From: Kiloniellaceae bacterium
Lineage (GTDB): Bacteria > Pseudomonadota > Alphaproteobacteria > Kiloniellales > J153
Assembly (NCBI GenBank): GCA_046758005.1
Contig: JBHHZJ010000007.1
Coordinates: 163 to 64,162 of the forward strand
Direction: 5' to 3'
Length of the DNA stretch: 64,000 bases
Of the stretch, positions 1-10,392 are shown piece after piece; within the stretch, counting starts at the first letter, position 1, and every line of letters begins with the position of its first letter. The position numbers and the translations under genes are program-made. The notes under the pieces are model-generated. The model searched no databases, was not told the origin of the DNA, and was given only the letters and a program-made list of their open reading frames with translations.

Positions 1-43
1 GAGCTGGGTGAGGGGGGCTGATTCCGCTTCGCCCGAATTTGCC

Positions 44-1618
44 CTAGCCGAACAACACCTCGGGCAGCCACGTGGCCAACCCCGGGAAGATCGCCAGGAC
101 GACGAGGCCCACGATCTGAATCGCCACGAACGGGATGATGCCGCGGTAGATGTCCATGGTCGTGATGCTCGGCGGCGCCACGCCGCGCAGATAGAACAGC
201 GCGAAGCCGAATGGCGGCGTCAGGAAGCTGGTCTGCAGGTTGACGGCGATCATGACGCCGAGCCAGACCGGGTCCAGCTCCATCGCGAGCAGGATCGGCC
301 CGACGATCGGCACCACGACGAACACGATCTCGATGAAATCGAGGAAGAAGCCCATGACGAACATGAGCGCCATGACCACCAGCATGGCGCCGAAGGCCCC
401 GCCCGGCATGGAATGCAGGACGTCGGCCACGATCTTGTCGCCGCCCAGGCCGCGGAAGGTCAGGCTGAACACCGAGGCGCCGAGCAGGATGACGAAGACC
501 ATCGAGGAGACCTTGACCGTCGATCGCATGACCTCGCTCAGGATGCCGCTGCGATAGACGCGGACCAGGCTGACCGCCACGCCCGCGGCCAGGACCAGGA
601 CGCAGGCCGCGGCCGCAATGGCGGCGATCAGCTCGCCGGTGGGCACCTCCTCGCGCTGCATGCGCAGGTCGAACAGGCCGACCAGCACGACCAGGATCGC
701 AAGGCTGGCGCCGGCGCCGTAGACCGGCCAGGCGCGCCGCTCGTCCAGCGCCCGGCCGGCCAGGAGCAAGGCGCCGATCGAGCCCATCGCCGCGGCCTCG
801 GTCGGGGTCGCCGCGCCGATCAGGATGGAGCCGAGGACGAGCACGATCAGCGCCGCGGGCGGCAGCATCACCCGGAGCACGCGGGCGCGCAGCTCGTCCC
901 GTCCCCCCTCGACCCGCACCGGCGGGCATGCGTCCGGCCGCAGCAGGGCGATCAGCAGCGTCCAGCCCATGTACAGCCCGACGAGCACCATCCCGGGCAG
1001 GAACGCGCCCGCGAACAGGTCGATGACCGAGACCGGATCCGGCGCGAAGTTGCCGAGCCCGAGCTGCGCCTGCGTGTTCGCGCCCTGCAGGATGTCGCCG
1101 AGGATGACCAGCACGATCGAGGGCGGGATGATCTGGCCGAGCGTCCCGGAGGCGCAGATCACGCCGCAGGCCAGCTTCGGGTCGTAGCCGGCCTTGAGCA
1201 TGGTGGGCAGCGACAGCAGGCCCATGGTGACCACGGTGGCCCCGACGATTCCGGTCGATGCCGCCAGCAGCATGCCGACGAAGACTACCGACACGCCCAG
1301 GCCGCCGCGCACTTCGCCGAAGAGAAGGCCCATCGTCTCGAGCAGTTGCTCGGCGATCTTCGAGCGCTCGAGCATCACCCCCATGAACACGAACAGGGGC
1401 ACGGCGACCAGAACCTCGTTGACCATCACGCCGAAATAGCGCGACGGCAGGCCGCCCATGAGGCTCAGGTTGAAGACTCCGAGGCCGTAGCCCAGGAGCG
1501 CAAAAGCCAGCGCCGTGCCGGCCAGGGTGAAGGCGACCGGGTAGCCCAGGATCAGCACGCCGCAGGTCACGGCGAACATCAGCAGGCTAAGGATCTCACC
1601 GAGCAGCGCCAGGTCCAT
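44..1618 (-). CDS. TRAP transporter large permease subunit (DctM family), long 524-aa form
   Basis: Polytopic hydrophobic ORF with DctM-like stretches (VAVPLFVFMGVMLERSKIAE, GTLGQIIPPSIVLVILG, FLTPPFGFALFYL). It starts 4 nt after the small-permease ORF. Confidence 0.9.
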   Translation of the reverse strand: MDLALLGEILSLLMFAVTCGVLILGYPVAFTLAGTALAFALLGYGLGVFNLSLMGGLPSRYFGVMVNEVLVAVPLFVFMGVMLERSKIAEQLLETMGLLFGEVRGGLGVSVVFVGMLLAASTGIVGATVVTMGLLSLPTMLKAGYDPKLACGVICASGTLGQIIPPSIVLVILGDILQGANTQAQLGLGNFAPDPVSVIDLFAGAFLPGMVLVGLYMGWTLLIALLRPDACPPVRVEGGRDELRARVLRVMLPPAALIVLVLGSILIGAATPTEAAAMGSIGALLLAGRALDERRAWPVYGAGASLAILVVLVGLFDLRMQREEVPTGELIAAIAAAACVLVLAAGVAVSLVRVYRSGILSEVMRSTVKVSSMVFVILLGASVFSLTFRGLGGDKIVADVLHSMPGGAFGAMLVVMALMFVMGFFLDFIEIVFVVVPIVGPILLAMELDPVWLGVMIAVNLQTSFLTPPFGFALFYLRGVAPPSITTMDIYRGIIPFVAIQIVGLVVLAIFPGLATWLPEVLFG

Positions 1619-1621
1619 GAC

Positions 1622-2128
1622 TCAGAACTTCTCCGCCTCCTCGGCCTCGGCCAGGAACTCGGGGTGCCCGCTCAGCACGAGCGCGCCGCGCGCGGCCAGG
1701 GACAGGCCCTGCAGCCCGGTCAGGACGCAGAACGCGAGAATGACCGTCTTGAGCAGGAACAGCCCCGGCAGTCCGCCGGCCTCGCGGGATTCCTCGAGCA
1801 TCCCCCAGGAGGAGGCGACGTAACCGAAGCCCATGACGAAGACCAGCGTCACCATGGGCAGGAGCAGGACGAACGCGCCCAGGAAATCGACGACCGCCTT
1901 GTAGCGCGGTCCGGCCGGCCGATAGAACACGTCGACCCGGACGTGCCCGTTGTGCAGCAGCGTGTAGCCGGCACCGACCATGAACACGATGCCGTGCATC
2001 CAGACGTAGGATTCCTGCAGCCACACCCAGCCGATCGCGAAGACGTAGCGCAGCACCACGACGACGAACGTCACCAGCACCATGGCCAGCGTCAGCCACG
2101 ACACGCCGCGGCCGATGGCCTCGTTCAA
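1622..2128 (-). CDS. TRAP transporter small permease subunit (DctQ family)
   Basis: 168-aa protein with four hydrophobic segments, immediately upstream of and co-oriented with the DctM-type gene. This is the classic QM arrangement. Confidence 0.85.
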   Translation of the reverse strand: MNEAIGRGVSWLTLAMVLVTFVVVVLRYVFAIGWVWLQESYVWMHGIVFMVGAGYTLLHNGHVRVDVFYRPAGPRYKAVVDFLGAFVLLLPMVTLVFVMGFGYVASSWGMLEESREAGGLPGLFLLKTVILAFCVLTGLQGLSLAARGALVLSGHPEFLAEAEEAEKF

Positions 2129-2284
2129 ACGGTCGGTAAAGCGGACGAACCGGACAAGAATGGTCCTCGGCCTCCTCCCGGGCGCCGCGGTCCGGCAACG
2201 GACCGGCCGCCCATCGTGCTCCGGCCCCCCGCTTCGTCCGGCGGAGCGGCCGATGATCCGGTCAAGTCGGCCTCGGCGCCGTCC

Positions 2285-2932
2285 CTAGCGGGTGCGGGCC
2301 CCCAGCAGGCGCCAGGCGAGCGGCACAAGGGCGGCGGCCAGCGCGAGCTTCAAGGCGTCGCCGAGCAGGAACGGCAGCGCTCCGGCCTGGATCGCCGCGC
2401 CGAACGCGGTCTCGGCGCCGGTCTGCGCCACGTAGGCCGCACCCGGGCCGGCGTAGAAAACCGCGAGCCAGGGCAGCCCCGGAAGATAGATCGCGACGTT
2501 GCCGATCAGCATGGCCAACGCCGTGGTCGCGGCGTTGCGGCCCCAACCCCGCTCGGCCAGATAGCCGACGATCCCGGCCGCCAGAACGAAGCCGACGATG
2601 TAGCCTCCGGTCGGTCCCAGGATGACGCCGGGCCCGGCGGCGAGCTTGGCGAAGACCGGAAGGCCAAGGGCGCCCTCGGCCATATAGAGCAGCAGCGTCG
2701 CCGCGCCCAAGCGCAGGCCAAAGACCATGCCGACCATGAGCACGGCGAACGTCTGTCCGGTGATCGGCACCGGCCACAGCGGCACCTGAACCTGAGCCGC
2801 CAGGGCGACGAATGCCGAACCGAGGACGGCCAGCGCCACTTGGCGCAGCGCGCGCTGCCTGAAACGCGCGCCCCGCCCCGCGGGCCAAAGGACCCCGGCC
2901 AAGGTCTCCTGGGCGATCGACTGCGACGACAT
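2285..2932 (-). CDS. bioY: Biotin transporter BioY
   Basis: 215-aa hydrophobic protein with BioY-like segments (QVPLWPVPITGQTFAVLMVG, GPTGGYIVGF). Confidence 0.85.
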   Translation of the reverse strand: MSSQSIAQETLAGVLWPAGRGARFRQRALRQVALAVLGSAFVALAAQVQVPLWPVPITGQTFAVLMVGMVFGLRLGAATLLLYMAEGALGLPVFAKLAAGPGVILGPTGGYIVGFVLAAGIVGYLAERGWGRNAATTALAMLIGNVAIYLPGLPWLAVFYAGPGAAYVAQTGAETAFGAAIQAGALPFLLGDALKLALAAALVPLAWRLLGARTR

Positions 2933-3079
2933 GGGCCTTCCTCCGCCTGGGTGATACGGGCCGACGGCGCCGCCGCGGCGCGGCGCCCGGTTTCAATACG
3001 GCAAGGGCCCCGGGCCTGCAAAGCGAAATTGCGCCGGCCCGGCCCACGGCGCGCACGAACCCGGGCCCCGGCGGGCCGG

Positions 3080-3364
3080 TCATGCGCGCCGGTCCGTGTG
3101 ACCCAGGTCCCGGTCCGGGGCGACGCGGTCGCGCACGCGCCGCTTCAGCTCGGTGATCTCGGGAAAGCGCCCCTCGGCCTCGCGCGACCAGACGAGCTCG
3201 CCCGCGACGCGGACCTCGAAAACGCCGCCGGTGCCGGGCGCGAGCGTCACCCCGCCCAGCTCCTCCGCGAAGGTGGCGAGCAGTTCCTGGGCCATCCACG
3301 CCGCGCGCATCAGCCAGCCGCACTGACGGCAGTAGACGATTTCCACACGCGGCAATTCGCCCAT
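3080..3364 (-). CDS. Rdx/SelW-like thioredoxin-fold redox protein
   Basis: 94 aa with an N-terminal CRQCGW (CxxC) motif in the position typical of SelW/SelT/Rdx family proteins. No in-frame TGA. Confidence 0.75.
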   Translation of the reverse strand: MGELPRVEIVYCRQCGWLMRAAWMAQELLATFAEELGGVTLAPGTGGVFEVRVAGELVWSREAEGRFPEITELKRRVRDRVAPDRDLGHTDRRA

Positions 3365-3451
3365 CGGCCCAATGCTCCCTGGCCGGACAGTTGTCGGGCC
3401 AGAGCAAACCCAGGGCGCCCGGCGGCGGTCAAGCCCCTTTCGCCGGAGGCC

Positions 3452-5707
3452 CTACTCGAACTTGTTCGACTTCGGAAAGCCCTTGGGCGGCAGGCGGCCG
3501 GCCGCGGCCCGCTTGCCGAGCCAGGGCAGAAGGTCGGTCTCGGTGCGCGTGCGCTCGCCGCCCACCCGCCAACTCAGGCCCCGGGCGCGTTCGAAGGTCG
3601 TGATGTCGGACAGGCCGCCGTCCTTGTACTTCTGCATGATCACGCCGCGCCCGCGCGTCATCTCCGGCAGCTCCTCGAGCGGCAAGACGAGCAGCCTCCG
3701 GTTCTCGCCGACGACCGCAACCATGTCGCCCTCGACCGGCGCGCAGGCGGCCGCCTCCACGCCGGCGGCCAGGTTGAGCACCTGCTTGCCGTTCTTGGTC
3801 TGGGCCACCACCTCGTCCTCCGGCACGACGAAGCCGCGCCCGTCGGATGAAGCCACGACCAGCCTTTGCCCGGAGCGGTAGACGAAAAGCCGGACGATGT
3901 CCTGGTCGTTGGGCAGCTCGATCATGAGGCGCACCGGCTCGCCGAGGCCGCGCCCGCCCGGCAGCTTGTCGACGCCGATCGTGTAGAACCGCCCGTTGGT
4001 GGCGAAGATCAAGAGCTTGTCGGTCGTGTAGGCGTGCAGGACGAAGCGGGCCCGGTCGCCCTCCTTGTACTTGGCGTCGGAGACGTCCTCGACGTGTCCC
4101 TTCATGGCGCGGATCCAGCCCTTGGCCGAGTACAGCACGGTGACCGGCTCGCGCTCGACCACGGCTTCGAGCGGCACGACCACCTCGCAGGGCGGCTCGC
4201 CCAGCTCGGTGCGGCGCCGGCCCAGCTCCGTGCCCGGGCCGAAGGCCTGCCTGATCCTTTTGACCTGCTCGGCGATGGCGGCCCAGACCCGGCCGCCCTT
4301 GTCGAGCGGCGTGTCGGCGTCCTTGAGCAGCTTCTTGAGCTCGGCCTTCTCCCGGCTGAGCTCGGCGTGCTCGGTGCGGATGCCTTCCTCCTCCAGCTTG
4401 CGCAACGCGCGCAGGCGCATGTTCAGGATCGCCTCGGCCTGCACCTCGCTCAGCCTGAAGCGTGCGATCAGCACGTCCTTGGGCTCGTCCTCCTCGCGGA
4501 CGATGCGGATCACCTCGTCGATGTTGAGATAGGCGATCAGGTAGCCGTCGAGCACCTCCAGCCGCCGGGCGATCTTGTCCAGGCGGAAGCGCGTGCGGCG
4601 CAGCAGCACCTCGTGCCGGTGGTCCAGGAAGGCGCGCAGCACCTCGCGCAGGTTCATCACCCGCGGCGTGTGGTCGGCGTCGAGCACGTTCAGGTTGAGG
4701 CCGATCCGCACCTCGAGGTCGGTCTGGCGGAACAGCGACTCCATGAGCACCTGAGGGTCGACGTTGCGGCTCTTGGGCTCGAGGACCAAGCGCACCTCGT
4801 CGGTCGACTCGTCGCGCACGTCGCCCAGCATGGCCAGCCTGCGCGCCGACATGAGGTCGGCGATCTTCTCGACCAGGCGCGACTTCTGGACCTGGAACGG
4901 GATCTCGGTGACCACCACCAGGTAGCCGCCGCCCTTGTGCTTCTCCACCTCCCAGCGGGCGCGCAGGCGGAACGAGCCGCGCCCGGTCCTGTACGCCTCG
5001 ATGATCTGCTCGCGGCTCTCGACCAGGACGCCGCCGGTCGGGAAGTCGGGCCCGGGCATCAGCTCGACCAGCTTGGCGATGGTCGCCTTGGGCGTCTTGA
5101 TGAGGTGCAGGAGCGCGTTGCAGATCTCGCCCGCGTTGTGCGGCGGGATCGAGGTCGCCATGCCGACCGCGATGCCCTGCGCCCCGTTGGCGAGCAGGTT
5201 CGGGAAGTCGGCCGGCAGGACCACCGGCTCCTCCGACTCGCCGTCGTAGGTCGGCCGGAAGTCGACGGCGTCCTCGTCGATGCCCTCGAGCAGGGCGGTC
5301 GCGACCGCGGTCAGGCGCGCCTCGGTGTAGCGCATGGCCGCGGCGTTGTCGCCGTCGATGTTGCCGAAGTTGCCCTGGCCGTCGATCAACGGATAACGCA
5401 GGGAGAAGTCCTGAGCCAACCGCACCAGCGCGTCGTAGATCGCCTGGTCGCCGTGCGGATGGAACTTGCCGATCACGTCGCCGACCACGCGCGCGGACTT
5501 CTTGAACCCGGAGGCGGGGTCGAGGCGGAGCTGGCGCATCGCGTGAAGCAGCCGCCGGTGCACCGGCTTGAGCCCGTCGCGCACGTCGGGCAGCGAGCGC
5601 GACATGATCGTGGACAGCGCGTAGCTGAGGTAGCGCTCCTCCAGGGCGCGCGTCAGGCGCACGTCGCGAACTTCGCCGGCCGCTTCAGGCATGGCAGACT
5701 GTCCCAT
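3452..5707 (-). CDS. parC: DNA topoisomerase IV subunit A
   Basis: 751 aa. GyrA/ParC N-terminal motifs [19 protein letters not shown] and the catalytic Tyr region [10 protein letters not shown]. Size and C-terminal domain fit ParC rather than GyrA. Confidence 0.9.
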   Translation of the reverse strand: MGQSAMPEAAGEVRDVRLTRALEERYLSYALSTIMSRSLPDVRDGLKPVHRRLLHAMRQLRLDPASGFKKSARVVGDVIGKFHPHGDQAIYDALVRLAQDFSLRYPLIDGQGNFGNIDGDNAAAMRYTEARLTAVATALLEGIDEDAVDFRPTYDGESEEPVVLPADFPNLLANGAQGIAVGMATSIPPHNAGEICNALLHLIKTPKATIAKLVELMPGPDFPTGGVLVESREQIIEAYRTGRGSFRLRARWEVEKHKGGGYLVVVTEIPFQVQKSRLVEKIADLMSARRLAMLGDVRDESTDEVRLVLEPKSRNVDPQVLMESLFRQTDLEVRIGLNLNVLDADHTPRVMNLREVLRAFLDHRHEVLLRRTRFRLDKIARRLEVLDGYLIAYLNIDEVIRIVREEDEPKDVLIARFRLSEVQAEAILNMRLRALRKLEEEGIRTEHAELSREKAELKKLLKDADTPLDKGGRVWAAIAEQVKRIRQAFGPGTELGRRRTELGEPPCEVVVPLEAVVEREPVTVLYSAKGWIRAMKGHVEDVSDAKYKEGDRARFVLHAYTTDKLLIFATNGRFYTIGVDKLPGGRGLGEPVRLMIELPNDQDIVRLFVYRSGQRLVVASSDGRGFVVPEDEVVAQTKNGKQVLNLAAGVEAAACAPVEGDMVAVVGENRRLLVLPLEELPEMTRGRGVIMQKYKDGGLSDITTFERARGLSWRVGGERTRTETDLLPWLGKRAAAGRLPPKGFPKSNKFE

Positions 5708-5775
5708 GGCCTCCTCGGGAGATCGTCAGGAGTATTAGATTCGTCGAGGTTGAGCCACCAAACATTGAAACTTCC

Positions 5776-7029
5776 TTAAAAGCGATCGACCCGGTAGGGG
5801 GTCATATCGATTCCGGGGTCCCGATCGGCCAGCAGGGCGGCCACGATCTGCCCCGTGCGCGGGCCCATCATCATGCCGCAGTGGCCGTGGCCGAAGGCGA
5901 ACACGACGTTGGAAAAGCGCGGCGATCGGCCGATCACGGGCAGCGAATCGGGCATCGAGGGCCGGAAGCCCATCCAGCGCGAAGCGCCCTCGGTGCGTAC
6001 GCCCGGGAACCAGCGCTTGGCCTGCGCGAGCAACACCTCGGCCCGGTCCCAGTTCGGCGGGGCCTCGAGGCCGCCCAGCTCGACCGTGCCGGCGACCCGC
6101 AGGCCGAGATCGAGCGGGGTGGCGACGATGCCGCGCTCGGTCGAGTAGACGGGCAGGCGCGGCATGACTCCGGGATCGGGGAACTGCACGTGGTAGCCGC
6201 GCTCGGTGTCGAGCGGCGGCCGGCTCCCAAGCTGCGCGGCCAACCGCCTCGACCAGGCGCCCGCGGCCACGACAACCGCGTCGCACGGCACCGCGCCTTC
6301 GTCGGTCACGACCGCGCGCGGACCGTCCGGCCCGATGTCGAAGCCGCGCGCCTCGGCGCATTTCATCGTGCCGCCGTTCTTCCGAAAGGTCTCGGCCAGG
6401 ACCTGCACGAGGCGCAGGCTGTTGATCGTGTAGCCCACGCCCGGGTAGTAGACCGCGCGCGTGAAAATGGCCCCCAGGGACGGCTCGCGCGCCCTCAGTT
6501 CCTTCGCGTCCAGGACTTCGAAGCGCACGCCGCGGCGGCGCTGGATCTCCAGCATCGGCTGGTACCGCTCGAGGCCCCTGTCGGTCTCGTAGACGCACAT
6601 CCAGCCGGTGCGCCGGAGCATCTCGGGCGCGCCGGCCATGTCGAGCAGCGTGGCGAAGGCGTCGAACGTGCCGTCGAGCAGGGCGGCGAGCGCGATCGAG
6701 ATCTCCTCGACCCGGCGCGGCCGGCTCGCGGCGACGAAGCGCGCGAGCCACGGCGCGATCCTCGGCAGGTAGGACCAGCGCACCGCGAGCGGGCCGAGCG
6801 GGTCGAGCAGCATGCCCGGCACCTTCCACAGGATGCCGGGCGTGGCCACGGGGACGACCGACTCCTCGCCGATCACCGCGCCGTTGCCGAAGGAAGCGCC
6901 CTCCCCCGGCGCGTCCCGCTCGACCAGCGTCACCCGGTGCCCCTCGCGCAGGAGCGACAGCGCGCTGCACACCCCGATGATGCCGGCGCCGATCACGACC
7001 ACGTGGCGGCCTTTGTCCTGTTGAGACAT
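5776..7029 (-). CDS. FAD-dependent oxidoreductase (DAO / D-amino-acid dehydrogenase-like family)
   Basis: 417 aa with an N-terminal dinucleotide fold VVVIGAGIIGV and DAO-family length and C-terminal HGHCGMMMGP-type region. Confidence 0.85.
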   Translation of the reverse strand: MSQQDKGRHVVVIGAGIIGVCSALSLLREGHRVTLVERDAPGEGASFGNGAVIGEESVVPVATPGILWKVPGMLLDPLGPLAVRWSYLPRIAPWLARFVAASRPRRVEEISIALAALLDGTFDAFATLLDMAGAPEMLRRTGWMCVYETDRGLERYQPMLEIQRRRGVRFEVLDAKELRAREPSLGAIFTRAVYYPGVGYTINSLRLVQVLAETFRKNGGTMKCAEARGFDIGPDGPRAVVTDEGAVPCDAVVVAAGAWSRRLAAQLGSRPPLDTERGYHVQFPDPGVMPRLPVYSTERGIVATPLDLGLRVAGTVELGGLEAPPNWDRAEVLLAQAKRWFPGVRTEGASRWMGFRPSMPDSLPVIGRSPRFSNVVFAFGHGHCGMMMGPRTGQIVAALLADRDPGIDMTPYRVDRF

Positions 7030-7095
7030 CGTGAAATCAGTCTGTTATTCCAGAGAGCTGATCTTTTACATGAGGCCAACTGACTTGTGAAACGA

Positions 7096-7818
7096 TCATT
7101 TCCAGAGCGGCGGAAACCGCTCGGCCAGGCGCCGGCGCGCGGCGGGCAGGGACTTATGGTGCGGGGCGAAGACGTGGCGCTCAAGGAAGAACCCGGTCAG
7201 CGCCAGTCCTTGGCCCACCTCCTCCGGGCCGCCGCCGCCGCGCCCGGCCAGGAAGCCCGGCAGGGGCAGGAGCTTGTCGCGGTACGGCTCGCCCGCGGCG
7301 AGCGAGACCGCCCGGCCCGAGCGCGGGCTGACGTAGGCCAGCTGGTCGTTGTCGCCGCCGGCCGCGCAGGCCGCCAGGTCCAGGCCAAACCCAAGCTCGG
7401 CCAGCAGGGAAAGCTCCCAGCGCACGTAGACCTCGGCCCAATGCTCGCCCGACAGGGCCTCGAGCAGCGCCCGGAAACCCTCGAAGCAGGCGCCGTGCGG
7501 CTCGCGCTCGGGCAGGGCGGCCTCGGAAACCGCGGCCGCGGCGCTGAGCGCGGCCAGGCGCTCCGGGTCGTCGAGCACGCGCGCGGCGTAGCTCTCCAGC
7601 AGCTCGCAGCTAAAGGTGCCCAGGTGCTCGGCCAGCCGGCCGCTCCAGGTGGCGGCGACCAGGTTGCCCGGCTGGTAGATGCCGCGCGCGCGCCGCCCCT
7701 GCCCGCCGCGCACCAGCCCGGCGTGCCGGCCCTGGCCGCGGGTGAGCAGATGGACCACAACCGCGCTCTCCCCGTGCGGCCGGGCGGACAGGACGATTCC
7801 CTCGTCGTTCCAGTGCAT
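7096..7818 (-). CDS. recO: DNA repair protein RecO
   Basis: 240 aa with a RecO-type N-terminus (MHWNDEGIVLSARPHGESAVVVHLLT). Sits in the conserved era-recO position. Confidence 0.9.
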   Translation of the reverse strand: MHWNDEGIVLSARPHGESAVVVHLLTRGQGRHAGLVRGGQGRRARGIYQPGNLVAATWSGRLAEHLGTFSCELLESYAARVLDDPERLAALSAAAAVSEAALPEREPHGACFEGFRALLEALSGEHWAEVYVRWELSLLAELGFGLDLAACAAGGDNDQLAYVSPRSGRAVSLAAGEPYRDKLLPLPGFLAGRGGGGPEEVGQGLALTGFFLERHVFAPHHKSLPAARRRLAERFPPLWK

Positions 7819-7870
7819 GGCGGTTATGGTCTAGCAGAACCGGGGAGGTCGGTGCAGCAGGCTCGCGTCC

Positions 7871-8788
7871 TCACACCTCGAACTCCAGACCCCAGGCCCG
7901 GTAGCGCGCCGGCTCCTCGAGCCACTTCTCGCGCACCTTGACGCGCAGGAACAGGTGCACCCGGCGCTCGAGCAGCGCCGCGAGATCCTTCTGCGCCGCC
8001 TCCCGGACCGCCTTGATCGTCCGGCCGCCCTTGCCCAGGCAGATGGCCTTGTGCGACTCGCGCGCGACGAAGACGGTCTGCTCGATGCGCACGCTGCCGT
8101 CCTGGAAATCCTGCCAGTCCTCGGTCTCCACGGTCAGCGAATACGGCAGCTCCTGGTGCAGGCGCAGGAACAGCTTCTCGCGCGCGACCTCGGCGGCGAG
8201 CAGGCGCAGCGGCAGGTCGGAGACCTGGTCCTCCGGGTAGAGCCAGGGCCCTTCCGGCATGCGCTCGGCCAGGTGGCGGCGCAGGTCGTCCACGCCGTCC
8301 CCGGTGAGCGCCGAGATCATGAAGATGCGCGAGAACACACCCTCGGCCTCGAAGCGCGCGGCGAGCGCGAGCAGCTTGTCCCGCCTGATCACGTCGATCT
8401 TGTTGAGGGTCAGGATCGCCCGGCGGTTGCGCGCCTTCAGGCCGTCGACGATGAGCCGGGTGTCCCGGTCGATCTCCCGGCGCGCGGCGTCGTAGAGCAG
8501 CACGACCTCGTCGGCGTCCTCGACCCCGGCCCAGGCGGCGGCGACCATGGCCCGCTCCAGGCGCCGCTTCGGGGTGAAGATGCCCGGCGTATCGACGAAG
8601 ACGATCTGGCCCGCCCCTTCGACGGCGATGCCGCGGATGCGGCAGCGGGTCGTCTGGACCTTGTGGGTGACGATCGAGACCTTGGCGCCGACCAGCCCGT
8701 TGAGCAGCGTCGACTTGCCGGCGTTGGGCGCCCCGATGAGGGCGACGAAGCCGCAGCGGGTGGTTGGCTGCGCGCTTTCGCTCGCCAC
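7871..8788 (-). CDS. era: GTPase Era
   Basis: G1 GAPNAGKST, G3 DTPG, G4 NKID, and a C-terminal KH domain. Directly downstream of rnc. Confidence 0.95.
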   Translation of the reverse strand: MASESAQPTTRCGFVALIGAPNAGKSTLLNGLVGAKVSIVTHKVQTTRCRIRGIAVEGAGQIVFVDTPGIFTPKRRLERAMVAAAWAGVEDADEVVLLYDAARREIDRDTRLIVDGLKARNRRAILTLNKIDVIRRDKLLALAARFEAEGVFSRIFMISALTGDGVDDLRRHLAERMPEGPWLYPEDQVSDLPLRLLAAEVAREKLFLRLHQELPYSLTVETEDWQDFQDGSVRIEQTVFVARESHKAICLGKGGRTIKAVREAAQKDLAALLERRVHLFLRVKVREKWLEEPARYRAWGLEFEV

Positions 8789-8800
8789 GGCGCCTCGGCT

Positions 8801-9538
8801 TCAGGCCGGGGAGCGCAGGCGCGCGAGCAGGCGCTGTGCCGCGGCCTGCTCGGCCAGGCGCTTTGAGCGGCCCTCGCCGCGCTCGGGCGCCTGCGCCACG
8901 ACCCGCACCTCCACGGTGAAGTAAGGCTCGTGCGCCGGGCCGGCGCGGGCCACCACGCGGTACTCGGGCAGGGGCAGGCCGTTGCCCTGTGCCCACTCCT
9001 GCAGGGCGGTCTTGGGGTCCTGCGGCGGCCGCTGCGCCGCCTCGAGCAGCGGCGTCCAGCGCGGCTCGACCAGGGCCCGCGCCGCGTCCAGGCCCGCGTC
9101 CAGGTAGAGCCCGGCGATCACCGCCTCGCAAGCGTTGGCCAACAGGGCCGGGTTGCGCCGCTCGCCGGCGGCCTCCTCGCCCTTGGCCAGGCGCAGATAC
9201 CCGTCCAGCCCGAGGTCGCGGGCAACCTCGGCCAGGGTCTCGCGCCGGACCAGCTCGGCCAGGCGAAGCGCCAGCGCCCCCTCGCTCTCGTGCGGAAAGC
9301 GGCGCAGCAGCAGGTCGGCGACGATCAGGCCCAGCACGCGGTCGCCGAGGAATTCGAGGCGCTCGTAGCTCTCCTCGCCCGCGCCGCCCCGGCTCGCGGC
9401 GCTCGGGTGCGTCAAGGCCTGGACCAGAAGCTCCGGCCGCGCGAAGCGATGACCCAGGCGCGCGCCCAGCGCGTCCCAGTCCGCGGCCGCATGGCCCGGG
9501 GCGGGACGCGCGCGCTGCCGCGCCCTATTCGATGCCAT
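8801..9538 (-). CDS. rnc: Ribonuclease III
   Basis: RNase III signature ERLEFLGDRVLG plus a C-terminal dsRBD-like region. Overlaps the lepB end by 14 nt. Confidence 0.93.
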   Translation of the reverse strand: MASNRARQRARPAPGHAAADWDALGARLGHRFARPELLVQALTHPSAASRGGAGEESYERLEFLGDRVLGLIVADLLLRRFPHESEGALALRLAELVRRETLAEVARDLGLDGYLRLAKGEEAAGERRNPALLANACEAVIAGLYLDAGLDAARALVEPRWTPLLEAAQRPPQDPKTALQEWAQGNGLPLPEYRVVARAGPAHEPYFTVEVRVVAQAPERGEGRSKRLAEQAAAQRLLARLRSPA

Positions 9539-10277
9539 GACCGATGCGGCCGAAGCGGATCGCGCCCGGCCATCGCCAGACCTGCCACAGCGCGGCGCTG
9601 TCGTTGTGCGAGAAGAACAGGAATTCGGCCCGGCCGATCAGGTTCTCGAAGGGCAGGTAGCCGACCTGCGACAGCACCCGGCTGTCCTGGCTGCTGTCCC
9701 GGTTGTCGCCCATCGCGAAGTAGTGCCCCGGCGGCACCTTGTAGACCGGCGTGTTGTCCAGCACGTCGGCGTCGCTGCGCTCCCAGATGCGGTGCCTGCG
9801 GCCGTTGGGCAGGGTCTCGACGTACTCCGTGACCTTGACGGGATTGCCGGCGTAGCCCGCGACCTTGACCTCGCCCACCTTTTCGCGCTCGACCGGCTTG
9901 CCGTTGATGTACAGGATGCCGCCTTTGACCTGGATCGCGTCGCCGGGCAGGCCGACGATCCGCTTGATGTAGTCGGTCTTGTTGTCGCTCGGCAGCTTGA
10001 ACACGACGACGTCGCCGCGCTCGGGCTGGCTCGCCAGGATGCGCCCGTCGATCAAGGGCAGGCCCCAGGGCAACGAGTAGCGGCTGTATCCGTACGAGAA
10101 CTTGGAAACGAAGAGATAATCGCCGACCAGCAGCGTCGGGATCATCGAGCCCGAGGGGATGTTGAACGGCTCGTACGCGAAGACCCGGATCACCAAGGCG
10201 ATCAGGACCGCGTAGATCACCGTCCGCACGGTCTCGCCCACGACGCCTGATTTCTTTTTTGACATTAAAGTGTCCAT
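9525..10277 (-). CDS. lepB: Signal peptidase I
   Basis: S26 motifs IPSGSMIPTL (catalytic Ser), YIKRIVGLPGD (catalytic Lys) and GDNRDSSQDSR, with an N-terminal TM anchor. Confidence 0.93.
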   Translation of the reverse strand: MDTLMSKKKSGVVGETVRTVIYAVLIALVIRVFAYEPFNIPSGSMIPTLLVGDYLFVSKFSYGYSRYSLPWGLPLIDGRILASQPERGDVVVFKLPSDNKTDYIKRIVGLPGDAIQVKGGILYINGKPVEREKVGEVKVAGYAGNPVKVTEYVETLPNGRRHRIWERSDADVLDNTPVYKVPPGHYFAMGDNRDSSQDSRVLSQVGYLPFENLIGRAEFLFFSHNDSAALWQVWRWPGAIRFGRIGHGIE

Positions 10278-10392
10278 CTAACTAACTGCCATAACGAAGT
10301 TTCGAAACGAGAAACGACCGGCGCGACGGCCGGTGGGGGGAAACGTCACCGCGGCGCCATTCGCCCCCTCGTCCCTGGACCGGCGGTCAAGT

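Noticed and set aside
2933-3079. BioR-type operator (TTATMKATAA) upstream of bioY
   Set aside because: No such AT-rich palindrome is present in the GC-rich 147-bp upstream region.
3080-3364. Possibility that the Rdx/SelW-like gene is a selenoprotein
   Set aside because: The redox motif is encoded as CRQCGW with two Cys codons. There is no in-frame TGA and no SECIS-like hairpin immediately downstream of the motif.
8-3850. 1280-aa plus-strand ORF spanning the first 3.8 kb
   Set aside because: It runs antisense across four well-supported minus-strand genes (TRAP M and Q, bioY, Rdx). Its translation is low-complexity (runs of R, D, H, E, Q, G, A) with no domain-like pattern. This is a typical shadow ORF of GC-rich DNA.
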